From assembly GCF_006345805.1 (NCBI RefSeq), contig NC_043020.1, positions 21,514,001 to 21,578,000 of the forward strand: a stretch of 64,000 nucleotides of DNA, read 5' to 3'. The position numbers and the translations under genes were made by a program. The first letter of the stretch is position 1. Every line of letters begins with the position of its first letter. Source of the stretch: Octopus sinensis. Taxonomy: Eukaryota. The notes under the pieces are model-generated. The model did not search any database. It was not told where the DNA came from and worked only from the letters and a program-made list of their open reading frames with translations. Shown here piece after piece: positions 51,516 to 64,000 of this stretch.

Positions 51516-52544
51516 TCATCATCATTATAATCATCATCATCATTATCATCACATATAAATGTTAGATTACAAAGTAAAAACAACTCTAGTAAAGCAAACA
51601 TTATTGGTTGCATATACATAGTGTATGTGCTTTGTTTATACACCTATTTGCTGCAGGAAAGTGTATGAGGAAAGTTCCTTACACAATTTTGAGTATTAAA
51701 GAACACTGAATGGTAGACATTGATATTTTGCCATTATCGTGGCTTATCAATATCATGTACTTGGATCATCTCAAAATATCTCAAAAGTGAAGTGTATTTG
51801 CTGATGTGCTGTGGTATAGCAATTGTGAAAGAAAGCTAAATTACAAATTAAAAGCAACTCTAGTAATCTAAGCATTTTTGCATACTGCATGTGTATGTTT
51901 GCCTGGTTTAACGCCATCATCTGATCCTTGAGTGACTTCAGTGCAATCCGTTTTGTTGCAAGTGTTTGGCCAGATCTCTAGTTTTAATATATCTTCCTCC
52001 TTTCCTCTCACCAAGCCAAAGAGACCCTGCAATAGGTCATGGGAACTGCCTTTTCATTACTACCCCTAAGTCTTTAGAAAGAAAGTAAAAATAACCACAA
52101 ACTACTACTTAATCTAGTAAGGATCCAGGACAAGAATATCACCATAGAAACAAAAACCTATATATTAAGGACTCATCAAAACTAAGACTCTGACTGTAGG
52201 AATTAGACTAAAAGGGGAAGATAAAAAGAATGTTAAAAGTTGCTAATGCTATTAACATTATTTTCTCAGGATTTGGTGTTTGGAAAGAAATTCAAATAAG
52301 TAATCCATCCACAAAAGATTTTGAGGTAACAGAAAATAATTTATTGAGCAAGATCTCCACCAGATCAGCACAGGGACCAAATATTAATTTGAACATATGA
52401 AAATTTGTGAGTATCATGAAAAGCAAAGTATACTTAGATAAGTGGAATGAAATTATGTATGTAAGAACTAAAAGTAGATAACTACCCAAAGATGACACTT
52501 TTCCTGCATTATGACATGACAGGTAACTAGAAAAGCACTCAGAG

Positions 52545-52654
52545 AGTGCAGACCTCCGCCAAGCAGCTCATTTCCACCCATATACACGCATGCTGAAAAT
52601 CGCCCATTTCCCAAACCAACACCGGCAAAAACATAACCTTCTTGGTGGGGGTAA
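52545..52654. mobile_element. Short HINE/Helentron-like non-autonomous element
   Basis: Subterminal inverted motif cctccgccaag (52553) ... cttggtgggggtaa (52641). Confidence 0.5.
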
Positions 52655-53149
52655 AAAAGAAAATAACACAGTCACTTTTACCACAACCAGTATAACCACT
52701 ACAATACCACCATCATACAACTATTACTATCATAAACACCACCATTACCATCATCACCTCAACATCACACATCACACCGCTCCTGCCACCATTATAACCA
52801 CCAATACTATTTTAACCTCCTCCCATCCTCATCTCGACCATCGTCATCATCAACACTGTCTCTGTTTTCACCACAATCACCGTCAAAACTACGATCATCA
52901 TAATCAGTTTCTTTACACAGTTGAAAATCCATTATCCGATATTCATGGGACCGAGATTGTTGCAGATTTTTGATTTTTCTAATTTCAGAGTTCTTTATAA
53001 AAATTTTTTTAAAATTGCATCTACAATACAGAACAGTTTGAAGATAGAAACCAGGTCTAAAGATAATAGCTTATAGACATACTCTGAATGTAGTTCTATA
53101 TAAATCTTTAATAGTTTTTTTTATACTTAAGACCATCAGAAATGTTAAG

Positions 53150-53560
53150 ATATCAGCCTCTATCCACTTGTCATGCTTTGATTAATAGGTTACAGCATAG
53201 ATTAGATTACTTAGATAAGTTTCGGCCGAAGTTGACTCAAGCCATGTCTAATTTGATAGCACCACCTGGAAAATCTGGGGAACTGTAGCCCATTCAAGCA
53301 GAGGGTTATTGCTTTTAGAGACATATCAGGGTGTAGGTGGTTTATCTGGTATTTGTTGTGGGTAATTATCTAGGGATTGTTTGAATGCCGTGAAGTCACT
53401 TTCCTCCTTTATGTGTGTCTGGCATGATGTTGAAGAGATCAGGACCAATTGAGGTGAAATAGTTCTGTCATACAACACGAACATTTCTGTAGTGGATGGA
53501 TGGCATGGGGGGGGGGGGGCAAGCCTCGGACGAATTTTAAAGATGGGCAATGTTGATGGA
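53150..53560 (-). mobile_element. CR1-like LINE 3' end (second family)
   Basis: FKQSLDNYPQQIPDKPPTP on the - strand. Its UTR (ccaggtggtgctat..ttagacatgg..ccgaaac) recurs at about 1606-1650. Confidence 0.7.
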
Positions 53561-53865
53561 ATATTTTCCACATAATCATCATCAATGTTTAACATCCGCT
53601 TTCAAAGCTAGCATGGGTTGGACGATTTGACTGAGGTCTGGCAAACCAGATGGCTGCACCAGACTCCAATCTGATCTGGCAGAGTTTCTACATCTGGATG
53701 CCCTTCCTAACGCCAACCACTCCAAGAATGTAGTGGGTGCTTTTATGTGCCACTGGCACGAAGCCCAATCAGGCGGTACCATACAGAAGATATAGAGCTC
53801 ACAGCGACGATCGAGGGAGCTTTTTAAGTTGATCCCAATAGTCAAGGCTTGTCATGTCATCCTCT

Positions 53866-54236
53866 GTAGACCTCCGCCAAGCAATTCATTTGAAGATAGA
53901 TATGCGAGGAAAATTACTAATAGAGAAACGAAAATAAACTTTGAAATCAGCAACACCGCCATGGAAACACTGAACGTGTTTTCAAGGGAGATAATCAAAG
54001 AACGTAAAATTGTAAAACTTCATGTAAAGTACATATAACAAATGAAAAATCCTTCAAGAATCCATAAAAATTCCCAGATAACTACCAAAATTTCATCATC
54101 TGTTCCTTGTGTCATTACCAACTTTTTCTGCAAGTTTCATCAAATACCGTTTACAACGTTTTGAGTTATTTTGCACACAGACAGACGGGCAAACCAACAC
54201 TGATGAAAACATAATCTCCTTCCTTGGCGGCAGTAA
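53866..54236. mobile_element. HINE/Helentron-like non-autonomous element
   Basis: cctccgccaag (53871-53881) ... cttggcggcag (54223-54233), with an acagacagac microsatellite near the end. Confidence 0.6.
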
Positions 54237-55563
54237 AATTATATACAGTATTGTGTGTGTGTGTGTGTGTGTGTTTGCACACGTGTATATTGTAGCATGG
54301 GAAGCAGAATTTATCTTTTTTTTCTTTTACTACTATGTTGTTCTTACAATTGCATTCATTTAAGTTTTGTAATATTATAGGGCTACAACAGTCCTCTTAG
54401 TCTGAATGTAGCTTGCAAAATGAATAAGTTATTTTAAGATTAATCAATGTGTTGTATATTATAACATTTTTTCAATCAAAGCTAATCAAATATGCTGGAA
54501 GCCCTACAACTATATATTAAGAAAAGCCATTAAGGATTTCCCTATAACTATCAAATTTCAGTGGCCTTCAATAAAAATTAGTCTTGTCAATGAAGTAGAA
54601 AAGTGTACTTATTTGATACTGATATATTGGACATGTGTAGACAAGTCGTGTGAAAGAAGTGTTGCTTTGTAAAGTAAAACAATTAGGTAGCAGTAGCAGT
54701 TTGTTTGAATACAGTACATACAAATATTTAATTAAGTCATATACACTCTATTTTACATAGCTTAAAAAAACAAACAAACAAGACTTTTATGTATAGATAA
54801 TAAATATTAATACATAAGTATTTTTAGAATTTAGAAGATATACATATTTCTCTGCTTAAATAAACTTTAAATCAGCTTTCTTTAAAATACAATTATATTT
54901 ATTTGAAGTCCAGCTTCATTTTCGATATAATAATTTAAAAGAAAATTTTATATCAAAAGCTACCCAATACAGGATACGTATATATACATACATATACGAG
55001 GTGGTATCAGAAAGTTCCCAGACTAGTTGTATGTGTGCATGAAGGGTGGGGGGAGAATATATACCTGCTTCTGCACAGTTCTGCTCAGTAAATTCCACTG
55101 ATGCAATGTATGGATGCACTGATCACAAGGCTATGATAGAAAACACTTGCCCAAGTTTCGAAGTAGAGTGATGAAGCCAACAACTACATGTTTGCAATGT
55201 GAATTTATTAACCACAGTACCATGTCTGTATGTGTTGACTGAATCACCCACCACCTGACTAGCATTCATTTTAACTACCTCAAAACAAGTAAAACAATAC
55301 CAGACAATTAGTGATTGAAAATTGAAACACAAGGCAATCAAATAGAGATGGATATTTAGTTTAACATTTTACTGGTTTTTGTCTCTACTATCTTTACTGA
55401 GGAGGAAGAGGCAGACAAGATATTGAAATAAAGGAATAAATAAATTTTAAATATAAACAGCTTAAAGAAATGTATTAATAGACATCTCAAGTAGGTAGAT
55501 TAGTTATGATTTTGTCCTGTTGAATAAACACACATGATGTGTGTGTGTGTGTGCGTGTATGCG

Positions 55564-55606
<43 letters not shown>

Positions 55607-55665
55607 ATATATATATATATGTATGTATATATATATGTATATATGTGTGTGTGTATATATATATG

Positions 55666-55729
<64 letters not shown>

Positions 55730-55879
55730 AATAAATATAAGGATAAAATCTATATAAGATTTTATCGAGTAACCAGTGTGTAAACCAATTAAGGAAAAAA
55801 GTAATACAAGGTATGTAATTTTTTCCTATATATATAAAAATACAGTATAATATCAAGGGCTTGATATTATATATATATA

Positions 55880-57190
55880 TATATATATAATGCAGAAGCT
55901 AGGGATAGATGAGTGGTTAGTGAAAGCTGTACAAGCCATGTACAAAGGATACTGCTAGTAAGGTGCAAATCACCAATAAGTATAGCAAGGAGTTTAATGC
56001 ATAAGTAGGAGTCCACCAGGATTTGGTTCTTGACTCCCTCTTATTTATTATGGTCTTCCAAGCTATAACTATAAACATGGTCTTCGATGCTATAACTGAG
56101 GAATTTAAGATTGGCTACCCTTGAGAGCTCATCTATTCTGATGAGCTTATTCTTATTGCTGAATCACTAACAGAACTAGAGAAGAAATTTCAGTTACGGA
56201 AGCAAGGTCTGGAATCAAATCACAGACCCCTTCAGAGATGCAAGCTATGGACACATAAGAGATGCAGTGGTATCACTTGACGTCTAATGGAGAAACTAGT
56301 CTTTACAGGTGTAAGATGTGCATTAAACACCAGGAATGTACAAAAAATAGACTCCCACATATGTCAGTGGATCCTTAGAAGACAGTTTCCATTACTTAGG
56401 TGACCAAGTTAGTAGTGGGGTGGTTGTTCCAAAAGCATAGCTGCTAGAATAAGAATAGGCTGGGCAAAGTTAAGAGAGCTACTATTTCTGTTAGTAATGA
56501 AGGGGCTCTCCCTCAGAGTGAAAGGCAGGTTGTATGTTGCCTGTGTATGAACAGCTATGCTACATGGCAGTGAGTGAAAAAAATGAAGCCAGTATGCTTC
56601 ACTGGATGGGTAATGTCAGTGTATATATATAACAGCATGTATGTGATTTGAGAGAAAAACTGGGTATAAGTAGCATCAGATGTGGCATGCATAAGAGAAC
56701 ACTGCACTGGTATGGCCATATAATGCACATGAATGAAGCGCCAATCTCTAATTGTGTGGAGGAAACATATGGAAGAGGTAGGGATGAAGTGGTGAGAAAG
56801 GATCTATGGACACTGGGACTCACTGAGGGATGACAAGGGACTGAGACTCCTGGCAGTTTGCTGTACTTGAAAAGACACCTCAAGCTAAGTAAAAGTGTGG
56901 TTGCACTTGCATACAAGCTTGTCTCCTGCAACACTATCCAGCTGAGCATCCTTAATCTTGTGAGCTCATAGGTGCTGGTGCCACATAAAAGTCACCTGTG
57001 CTGGTGATGTGTAAAGGCACCCAGTACATTCTGTAAAGTGGTTGGCATTAGGAAGGCCATCCAGCTATAGAAATCATGCCAAAACAGACAAAGATCTTGA
57101 ACAGCCCTTCAACTGGTCAGCTCCTGTCAGACCATACAACCTATGTCAGCATAGAAAGTGGACATTAAATGATGATGATGATGATGATGA
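55880..57190 (+). mobile_element. Decayed RTE LINE 3' portion with (GAT)n tail
   Basis: VGVHQDLVL..LIYSDELIL..KGRLYVACV..REKLGISSIRCG. Confidence 0.8.
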
Positions 57191-57424
57191 TATATATATA
57201 TATATCTTTTACTTGTTTCAGTCATTAGCAGCCATGCTGGCACACTGCTTTGAAGTGTTTCAATCAAATGAACTAGTATTTATTGTTTAAGCCTGGTACT
57301 TATTCTAGCTATCTCTTTTGCTGAACTGCTAAGTTCCAACCAACACTGGTTATCAAGCAGTGGTGAAAGACAAACACAAAGGCGCACACACATGCACAAC
57401 AAGCCTTTTGCAGTTTTCACATAC

Positions 57425-58527
57425 CAAATCTTTTCATAAAACCAATGCGAAAGTAACTCTTTTATGCCACATTCAAAGAAACCCATTTTCCTTCTTGAAA
57501 AACAGTCTGAAAGTCTGTTTTCAACTTGCTCTCCGTTTCTGAATGTTTTGCCTTCTAGTGATTGGAGCAGATGGAAATCCATAGGTGCTAAGCCAGGTGA
57601 GTATGGAGGAGGTGGAAGAACTTCCCATCCTAATGATCTTATTGTTTCTTGGGTTTGTTTTGAAGAGTGCTGTTTACCAAAGCTAGCCACTTTAAATGTA
57701 ATTTTTCATTTATGTGATCAAATTGCTCACAATAGACATCTGCATTGATGATCCTTCCATATTCCTGTCATGGACGACACCTTTCATGTTCCATCAAACA
57801 CAGAACAAGGATTTTTGTGGATGGAGTTCTGGTTTTGGTGTTGGCACTGGTCTCTTATTACATGATAACCATTGTCTTTTTTCATTTTCTGTTGTGATGC
57901 AAAACCCATTTTTTATCACCTCTAACATTGTGCTGCAAAAATGACAGGTTGTTATTCCTGGTTAGAAGACTGTTGCAAATAGTGGAATGTTGTGTTTGGT
58001 TCTCAAGTGTAAGCTCATGTGGAACCCAAATTCCCTATTTGCAGGTTTTCCCAATTTGCTTGAGATGTTTGTGGATAGTTGAACATGATGCATAAAGTTT
58101 TTTCACCAAACCTTTGGTGCTTTGATGTGGATCTGATACAACAGTTTCATTCAAAAGGTTGTCATTCAGAGTGGGTCATCTTCAGAGTGAGGCTTGTCAG
58201 ACATGTCACAATCGCTACCTTTAAACCTTTTAAACCACATGGACATGAACGAACTTTCACTGCATCTGGATACACTTCACAAATGTTTTTCATTGCTTTT
58301 CTTTTGAAACTCATAAAGTAAGCAATGGCTAATATATTATTTTATAAAGTTCTTATCTTCCATCGGGTTAATTACCAAAATAACTATGAATGATACACTG
58401 CCAGATAGAAGAGATAATATACTATTTCTAAACAGTTCCCACCTATTTGATCTTGGTTCTGATGCGATTGGTTGATTCATATTTCAAAGTGGTGAAAAAA
58501 TACAAATGCTTTCCAAACACCCTAATA
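57425..58527 (-). mobile_element. Mariner element, long decayed copy
   Basis: LGWEVLPPPPYSPGLAPMDFHL in ORF 57280-57690. 5' TIR-like tattagggtgtttggaaagcatttgtatttttt on the - strand at about 58497-58527. Confidence 0.88.
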
Positions 58528-58859
58528 CATACACACACAAACATATACATACAAGTATGTAGATAAATGAAAGATCTAATCCAATAATTGAGTAAGGGAC
58601 AAAATCACACATTCAGACAAACCAAAAGCAAAAAAAAAGCAGGAATTCCTCTTTACAATTCCATCTAAGGACTTCAAGTAATCTCAGTTTATTTGTCTTT
58701 GATGTCTATCATTTTTTGTTTTCTCTCCCTCTCTTTTGCTCTCTCTCTGTCATCATCATCATTACTGTCCCTCCATTTAAACATCAAAACAATGTTAGGA
58801 ATACTTAGACCAATAGGTATAGTCATGTGATATATAATGTATATTGAACAAATTTCTCA

Positions 58860-58905
58860 TTCAATCTTTTTCCTTTTCTACTACTACTATTACTACAGCA
58901 ACTAC

Positions 58906-58936
<31 letters not shown>

Positions 58937-59065
58937 ACTACTACTACTACTACTATTGCTAATACTGCTGCTACTACTGCTGCTGCTGCTGCCAACACCT
59001 CCTCCTACTCCTCTTCTTCATCTTTCCCTCCTCACCTTCTTCTCATTTCCCTCCTCCTCCTCCCC
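58860..59065. repeat. Mixed trinucleotide tract (CTA/CTG/CCT)
   Basis: Directly visible; no splice signals tie it to a CDS. Confidence 0.9.
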
Positions 59066-59262
59066 TGATCATTATTAAGTACCTATGCAGAAAACTATAT
59101 AGTAATTTTGAAACCAGCCGCTTAGCCTCCAGCTGAGTAGAATTTAAAGAAACTATTGACATTTATGAGTGTCATTGTGAATACATACATACATGTAAAC
59201 ATATATATACTCTCCCATATGCACATAAACACACACACTCATACATATACATATATGCATAC

Positions 59263-59302
<40 letters not shown>

Positions 59303-59632
59303 ATATCCAGATATATGTATTTGCATATCTATGTATTTTAAGTCATATGTCATTATTTTGTTTAGCATGAGCATTCAATGGAATTTGAACAGAGGTTGCA
59401 GCTAACACTAAAACTGTAAACACACACACAAACAAATGAAAAAGGAAAATGATAAAAACAAGCAAACTTCATTAGATATAACAGTAGTAATTATATCAAA
59501 TAATGGAAAATGTCATGACTATTTTCTAACTACAATAGAAATTTTTTAAAGAAAAGATGTAAAATAACTTTATGGAGAAGAATATAAAAAAAAAGAAATC
59601 AAAGCAAAAAATTGTTCAAGCAGTTATGGGAT

Positions 59633-59733
59633 ATGTCGCATTGCCAAATGTTGAAATTAACTTCGGTGGTGTTATTGTTACTATTATTACAGTGGTTTGT
59701 ATCAAGGGCTGCTTTTAATGAAATATCCATCAG
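59633..59733 (+). CDS. Candidate first coding exon of a secreted or membrane protein (signal peptide)
   Basis: MSHCQMLKLTSVVLLLLLLQWFVSRAAFNEISI followed by CAG|GTAAGC (phase 2). It has n-, h- and c-regions with small residues at SRA/A. Confidence 0.45.
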
Positions 59734-60929
59734 GTAAGCAATATAAGTTCTACATTTATGTGTGAATATTAATGACCAAAATATTTTATCAAACTGCGTA
59801 GATTTAACTACTAATTGCCTCTCTATCTAACTAGCTATATGTGAGTGCATGTGTATGATTGTGAATGTGTGTGTATGCATGTGCATTGTTGAAGTTTTCA
59901 CAAATATTTTGGTAAGTTCTTGATTTCATGTTGTGTATCTCCGTCAATAACATTAATGTAGTTGAGTGATCTTCATTCTTCATTAGAGTATGGAAGTTTC
60001 GAAAATACAAGATATACATCTCTCTCTCTTTCTCTCTTTCATCATCATCACCATCATCCTTTAACATCTGTTGTCCATGTTGGCATAGGCTGGACAGTTT
60101 GACAATGGCTGGTAAGCTGAGGGACTGTACCAGACTCCATTCTGGTTTGGCATGGTTTCTATGGCTGGATGCCCTTTCTAATGCCAACCACTCCAAGAGT
60201 GTAATGGGTGCTTTTACATGCCACTGGCACAGGTGCCAGTTGTGTGACACTTGTATCTGTCGCAACTATGATTTCACTTGGTTTGATGGGTCTTCTTTTC
60301 AGTTTATTGCCAATGGTCTTGGTCATCAGTGATTGTTTCCATGAAGCCTGACACTCTAAAGATGCTTTTTACCTGACACCGGCATTGGCCACATTGCCTC
60401 TGTGAGGCCCAATGCTCAAAAGGTGCTTTTATGTGCCACAGGCATGGGTGCCAGTTACATGACACTGACAACGGCCATGACTATAGTTTCACTTGGCTTG
60501 ATGGGTCTTCTCAAACACAACATAAGTCTTGATCATTGGCCATTGCCTCTGTGAGACAAAAGTTTGAAGACTTCATCACTTTGTCCCATGTCTTCCAGGG
60601 TCTCCTTCTTCTACAGCTTCCCTCCACTGTTAGAAATTGGCACTTCCTTACACAGCTATTCATATTCATCTGTATCACATGACCATACCAGTGCAGTTGT
60701 CTCTCTTGCACACTGCATCTGATGCCTCTTATATCCAACTTTTCTCTCAAAATATTAACACTGTTTTACATACACATGCGTGCCCCCACACACACTCATA
60801 CACACATGCACATACTCACACACACACATCTTCAAACACATAAACAAATATGTATATGCACTGCAACACCAATGCACTCATATACTTATCAACTTGTCTC
60901 TCACACACACACAACCACAATCACACATA

Positions 60930-61905
60930 CATACACACACGTGCACAGAGTGAAGAGGCGGGATCCAATGGATTACTCTGTTGAATGCCAGTCAAAGATA
61001 GTATGACCTTATTTGCAGTGAGAAGCATACTCAGAGACTCATTGTCTTTCTTGGAGACCACATTTAATGGCTGAAGATTAGTTGGAGATAAGCATCTGAG
61101 GTCTGCAAGTGGCTCAGGATGTTTGTGCTTGAGGGCAACCAAAAACTCTTCAATAGGGTAAGTGGATGGAGTCATCAGAGGCAACTACTCTGACAGTAGC
61201 TGAGATATCATCTTTAAGGAGCTTGATGTTTACCTGGTTGCATAAATGTATGAATGAGCAGAGTGCAGCATGCTTGGATACACTGAGAATGATCATCTGC
61301 CTGAAGGACAAAATGTTGGCTCTGATGAGGGCCATTATCAACAGGCCACCTTGATTGGTACCTTATTTGGGAAGACTGAGGGCAAGTAGAACAAAACAGA
61401 AAAGTCAATCCCAATCAGTGGGTTAACCAGAGCCAAGGATGCAATGGCACTGTCCACCAGCATCTGGGGCACTTTCAGGATCTTAAGCAGGATCTTCCAA
61501 AGCCTCCCAAGCTGGGCAACATTGATCAGGCAAACATACTGTATCATCTGAGGATGTGGTGGATGGTACTGCCATGCAGCCAAGGGAAAGTGGCAACTGC
61601 TACATCTCCACATTGAGAGTGCATTCGAGGCCAGTCATGTCAGGCTGATGCAAATGAGATGATAGAAACAATCACCCTCTGAACAGTTCTTGCCTCTCTT
61701 CTGCCTGTTGATAGTGGCACATGTGCTGCAGGTAGATACTTGCAGGGATGGGGGTGAGTAACAACTGGGAATTGAAGCACTGTTCAGCAACATGGGTGTT
61801 GTCATTGTTTTTGGGCTGAGATACTGATTGGTATCTTGAAAATGGGTGAGGTATGGGGTCATAATATTGATGAGGTGATGGCTGTACAGTTCTTCCTTTA
61901 AACAA
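60930..61905 (-). mobile_element. CRE/NeSL-like non-LTR element, pre-RT fragment
   Basis: IKLLKDDISATVRVVASDDS and LVALKHKHPEP resemble the KLEEGDIKGAVRLASSDD / LxxKHP segment upstream of the RT in CRE-clade elements (recalled). Confidence 0.5.
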
Positions 61906-61956
61906 ACATGGCGAAGGAAAAGAAAGAAGAAAAAAGTATTTAATTATTTCTCCTAG

Positions 61957-61974
61957 CTTCCTTTGGACTCACAG
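61957..61974 (+). CDS. Candidate 18-nt micro-exon (phase 2-2)
   Basis: ttatttctcctag|cttcctttggactcacag|GTGAGC; in frame with the 59633 exon (I-S-FLWTH-). Confidence 0.25.
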
Positions 61975-62599
61975 GTGAGCCTATTGGTTACACTTGCATA
62001 TTTGTTGATCTTAAATCATTTTCTTTACACTTACAGTGGATTTCAATAAACCAATAAACATAGATTTTGAATTGTTTTTTTCCTGACAGCGGCTCTTCAA
62101 TAAAACAAATCGGTAAAAGTAGATCATAAATTGAGGCCAAACCCTCATTTCTTTTCAAACATATCAACTACTGTACGTCCACTTTTGCACTGTTGTTTTC
62201 CTCTCAATATCATTTCAACTCTCTCTCTTTTTCTCTCTGCCACTTTATCATTCTCTCTTCCTATATGTATATTTGTGCATGTATGTGTGGATATATTTAC
62301 ATGCACATGGTCAGGGGTACCTCTATAAAATTAATATATCTGTAGATAGATTTATGTGCTCATGTGCACACACAAACACACACACATACATATATTGGTC
62401 TCTCAGCATGAGATTTTCTTTTTTTGTCTATATATCTCTATTCCTATAAGCTTATATTTGTGTAGATATACACTCACATGTATATCTATACATACTTAAA
62501 TAACCCCCTCTTTCTCTCTGTCTCCCCTCTCTCCTCCTTTCATTCTCCCCCACTCTTTTTTTCTCTCTCTGGGTATGTATGTATATACAACAAAGATGT

Positions 62600-63880
62600 T
62601 ACAAAACTGAAGAATCAAAGAACTGCAATTGTTTTTGTGAGGCTGGAAAATTACAGCACTAAAGAGTAATGATTTCAACAGAACTATGACCCAAATAGAG
62701 TGGAAGAAACTGGAATTCCTCAATTCCTCTGCCATCATTAGACCACACATCAACATCCTGGATGCCATTCTGGGGGACAATTACAGGAAAGATGGAAAAA
62801 TGAATGGAGAAAGTGAAAAGGAAAAGAAAAGCTTCCCTGGCCAAGTAGGCTCTCAAAAGAACAAAGATGAAGTCACACCTGAAAGACCTGCTAAAGAATA
62901 GGGCATTGAGGATACTGGCACTCCCCCCATGACTGTAGACAGAGTAAGATGAGAGGAAGAACACGAAAACAGATCAAAGACAGTACAAAAACTTTCAGAA
63001 ACAACCAAGAGCAAAGAGAAAGAGAAGAAGAAAAGAAAGCAGAAGCAAAAAGTAAAGCCTACAAGATAAACCATGAAGAAAAACATTCCAGACTACTCCA
63101 ATGAGGAGTTTCCAGTGAAACCTAAAAAATAAAAAAAAAACATCTTTGAAGCAAAACAGAAGACTTCCAGCAATGTGGAAAAAGAAATAGGAGGTACTAA
63201 GTGGAAACATAGACAGACTGCTGCACCTCAACAACAAAACAAAAAGCTCTTTCCTGTGAGACCTCACTGCATGCAATCAAGCTCTATGCATAGCAATCAT
63301 ACGAGTAGAAATACATTTTAGACCTGATACAAGGGATGCAGAAGTACACACTAAAGTATGCTGCATTGCAAACAGATAGCAGAGAAAGGAGCCATAGCTG
63401 AGTTGCAGTATACATCCATGAAAACTTCATGCCCCAAGTCCTACTGCCATATTCAAATTCAGTATGTGACAATCAAATTGTACACATAAGACAACTTAAT
63501 ATTGTTATATGTACTAAATATCATCCACTAGATGCTCCAAATCACACAGGCAAGTTTAAAGACTGCCTTGAAAAAAGAGAAGTTCTCACCAAACTGGAAC
63601 AACACAGCATATTCTTTGTGGATGACTTCAACTTCCCCAATGTGGGATGGCCGAATGGCTTCATGCTCTCAGGAATAACACAGTGCCAACAGGCATAGGA
63701 GGGGTCCCTAATCAACCTTGTTGATGATTTATTCATCAAGAGGAGGTGGAATCCTCCAAGAAGCCAAAGAAGGACAGGATCTTTGTCTTGATTGCATGCA
63801 GAAAGATCTCTGGTAGTTATCGGTAGCACTGGTGTGACGGTTGGTTTGGCTTCAAAGGAAACCATCCTGAGTCTACTGGT
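62600..63880 (+). mobile_element. CR1-like LINE 5' portion (ORF1 end plus APE domain), decayed
   Basis: VAVYIHENF..IVICTKYHPLDAP..FFVDDFNFPNVGW is a CR1-type APE segment. Confidence 0.7.
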
Positions 63881-64000
63881 GATGGTCTTGTATGTATATA
63901 TATCATCATCATTATCGTTTAACATCTGTTTTTCATGCTGGCATGGGTTGGATGGATTGTATGGGGCCTATGAAGCCAGGAGGCTGTACCAGGCTCCAGT

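Noticed and set aside
51902-52070. - strand exon candidates with a GC donor (cag|gcaaac)
   Set aside because: The strong acceptor leads to stops in all three frames, and the open alternatives need weak acceptors plus a non-canonical donor.
52590-52973. His/Thr-rich 127-aa ORF
   Set aside because: Built from a HINE-like end plus (CAC/CAT)n repeats.
58844-59068. Poly-Ala/Thr ORF as a homeobox-type low-complexity exon
   Set aside because: Simple trinucleotide tract with no flanking domain or convincing splice sites.
61905-61945. AAACATGGCG start context as a first exon
   Set aside because: The frame closes after 11 codons (MAKEKKEEKSI*) and the only internal donor is weak; it abuts a TE boundary.

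Overview
Very AT-rich, repeat-dense animal genomic DNA, not prokaryotic; no CRISPR, rRNA or genuine tRNA genes were found. The SINE/LINE families and the long (TA)n tracts look like an octopod cephalopod genome (inference from recall, not from a search). Host genes are small exons in large TE-filled introns. (1) Two + strand exons of MRE11 (5650-5769, 7733-8181, the latter with the RG-rich GAR motif). (2) Two in-phase - strand exons (33254-33054, 25045-24824) encoding the C-terminus of an unidentified coiled-coil protein. (3) A candidate + strand first coding exon with a signal peptide (59633-59733) and a possible 18-nt micro-exon. Most other sequence is decayed TEs: RTE, CR1, RTEX-like, L1/Tx1, R4/Dong-like and CRE-like LINEs; several mariner/Tc1/maT elements (one with both TIRs and a TA duplication); an Academ-like transposase relic; tRNA-derived SINEs; HINE-like elements; Penelope-type foldbacks; and a probable LTR. 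There is a 100-N scaffold gap at 13997-14096. The best leads are a foldback carrying two outward-facing hammerhead ribozyme motifs (15680-16037), an ORF1-only (HAL1-like) element in tandem with a Tx1-type LINE, a perfect 71-bp templated inverted insertion, and SINE/LINE tail sharing visible within the window. All assignments are by eye and need database confirmation.
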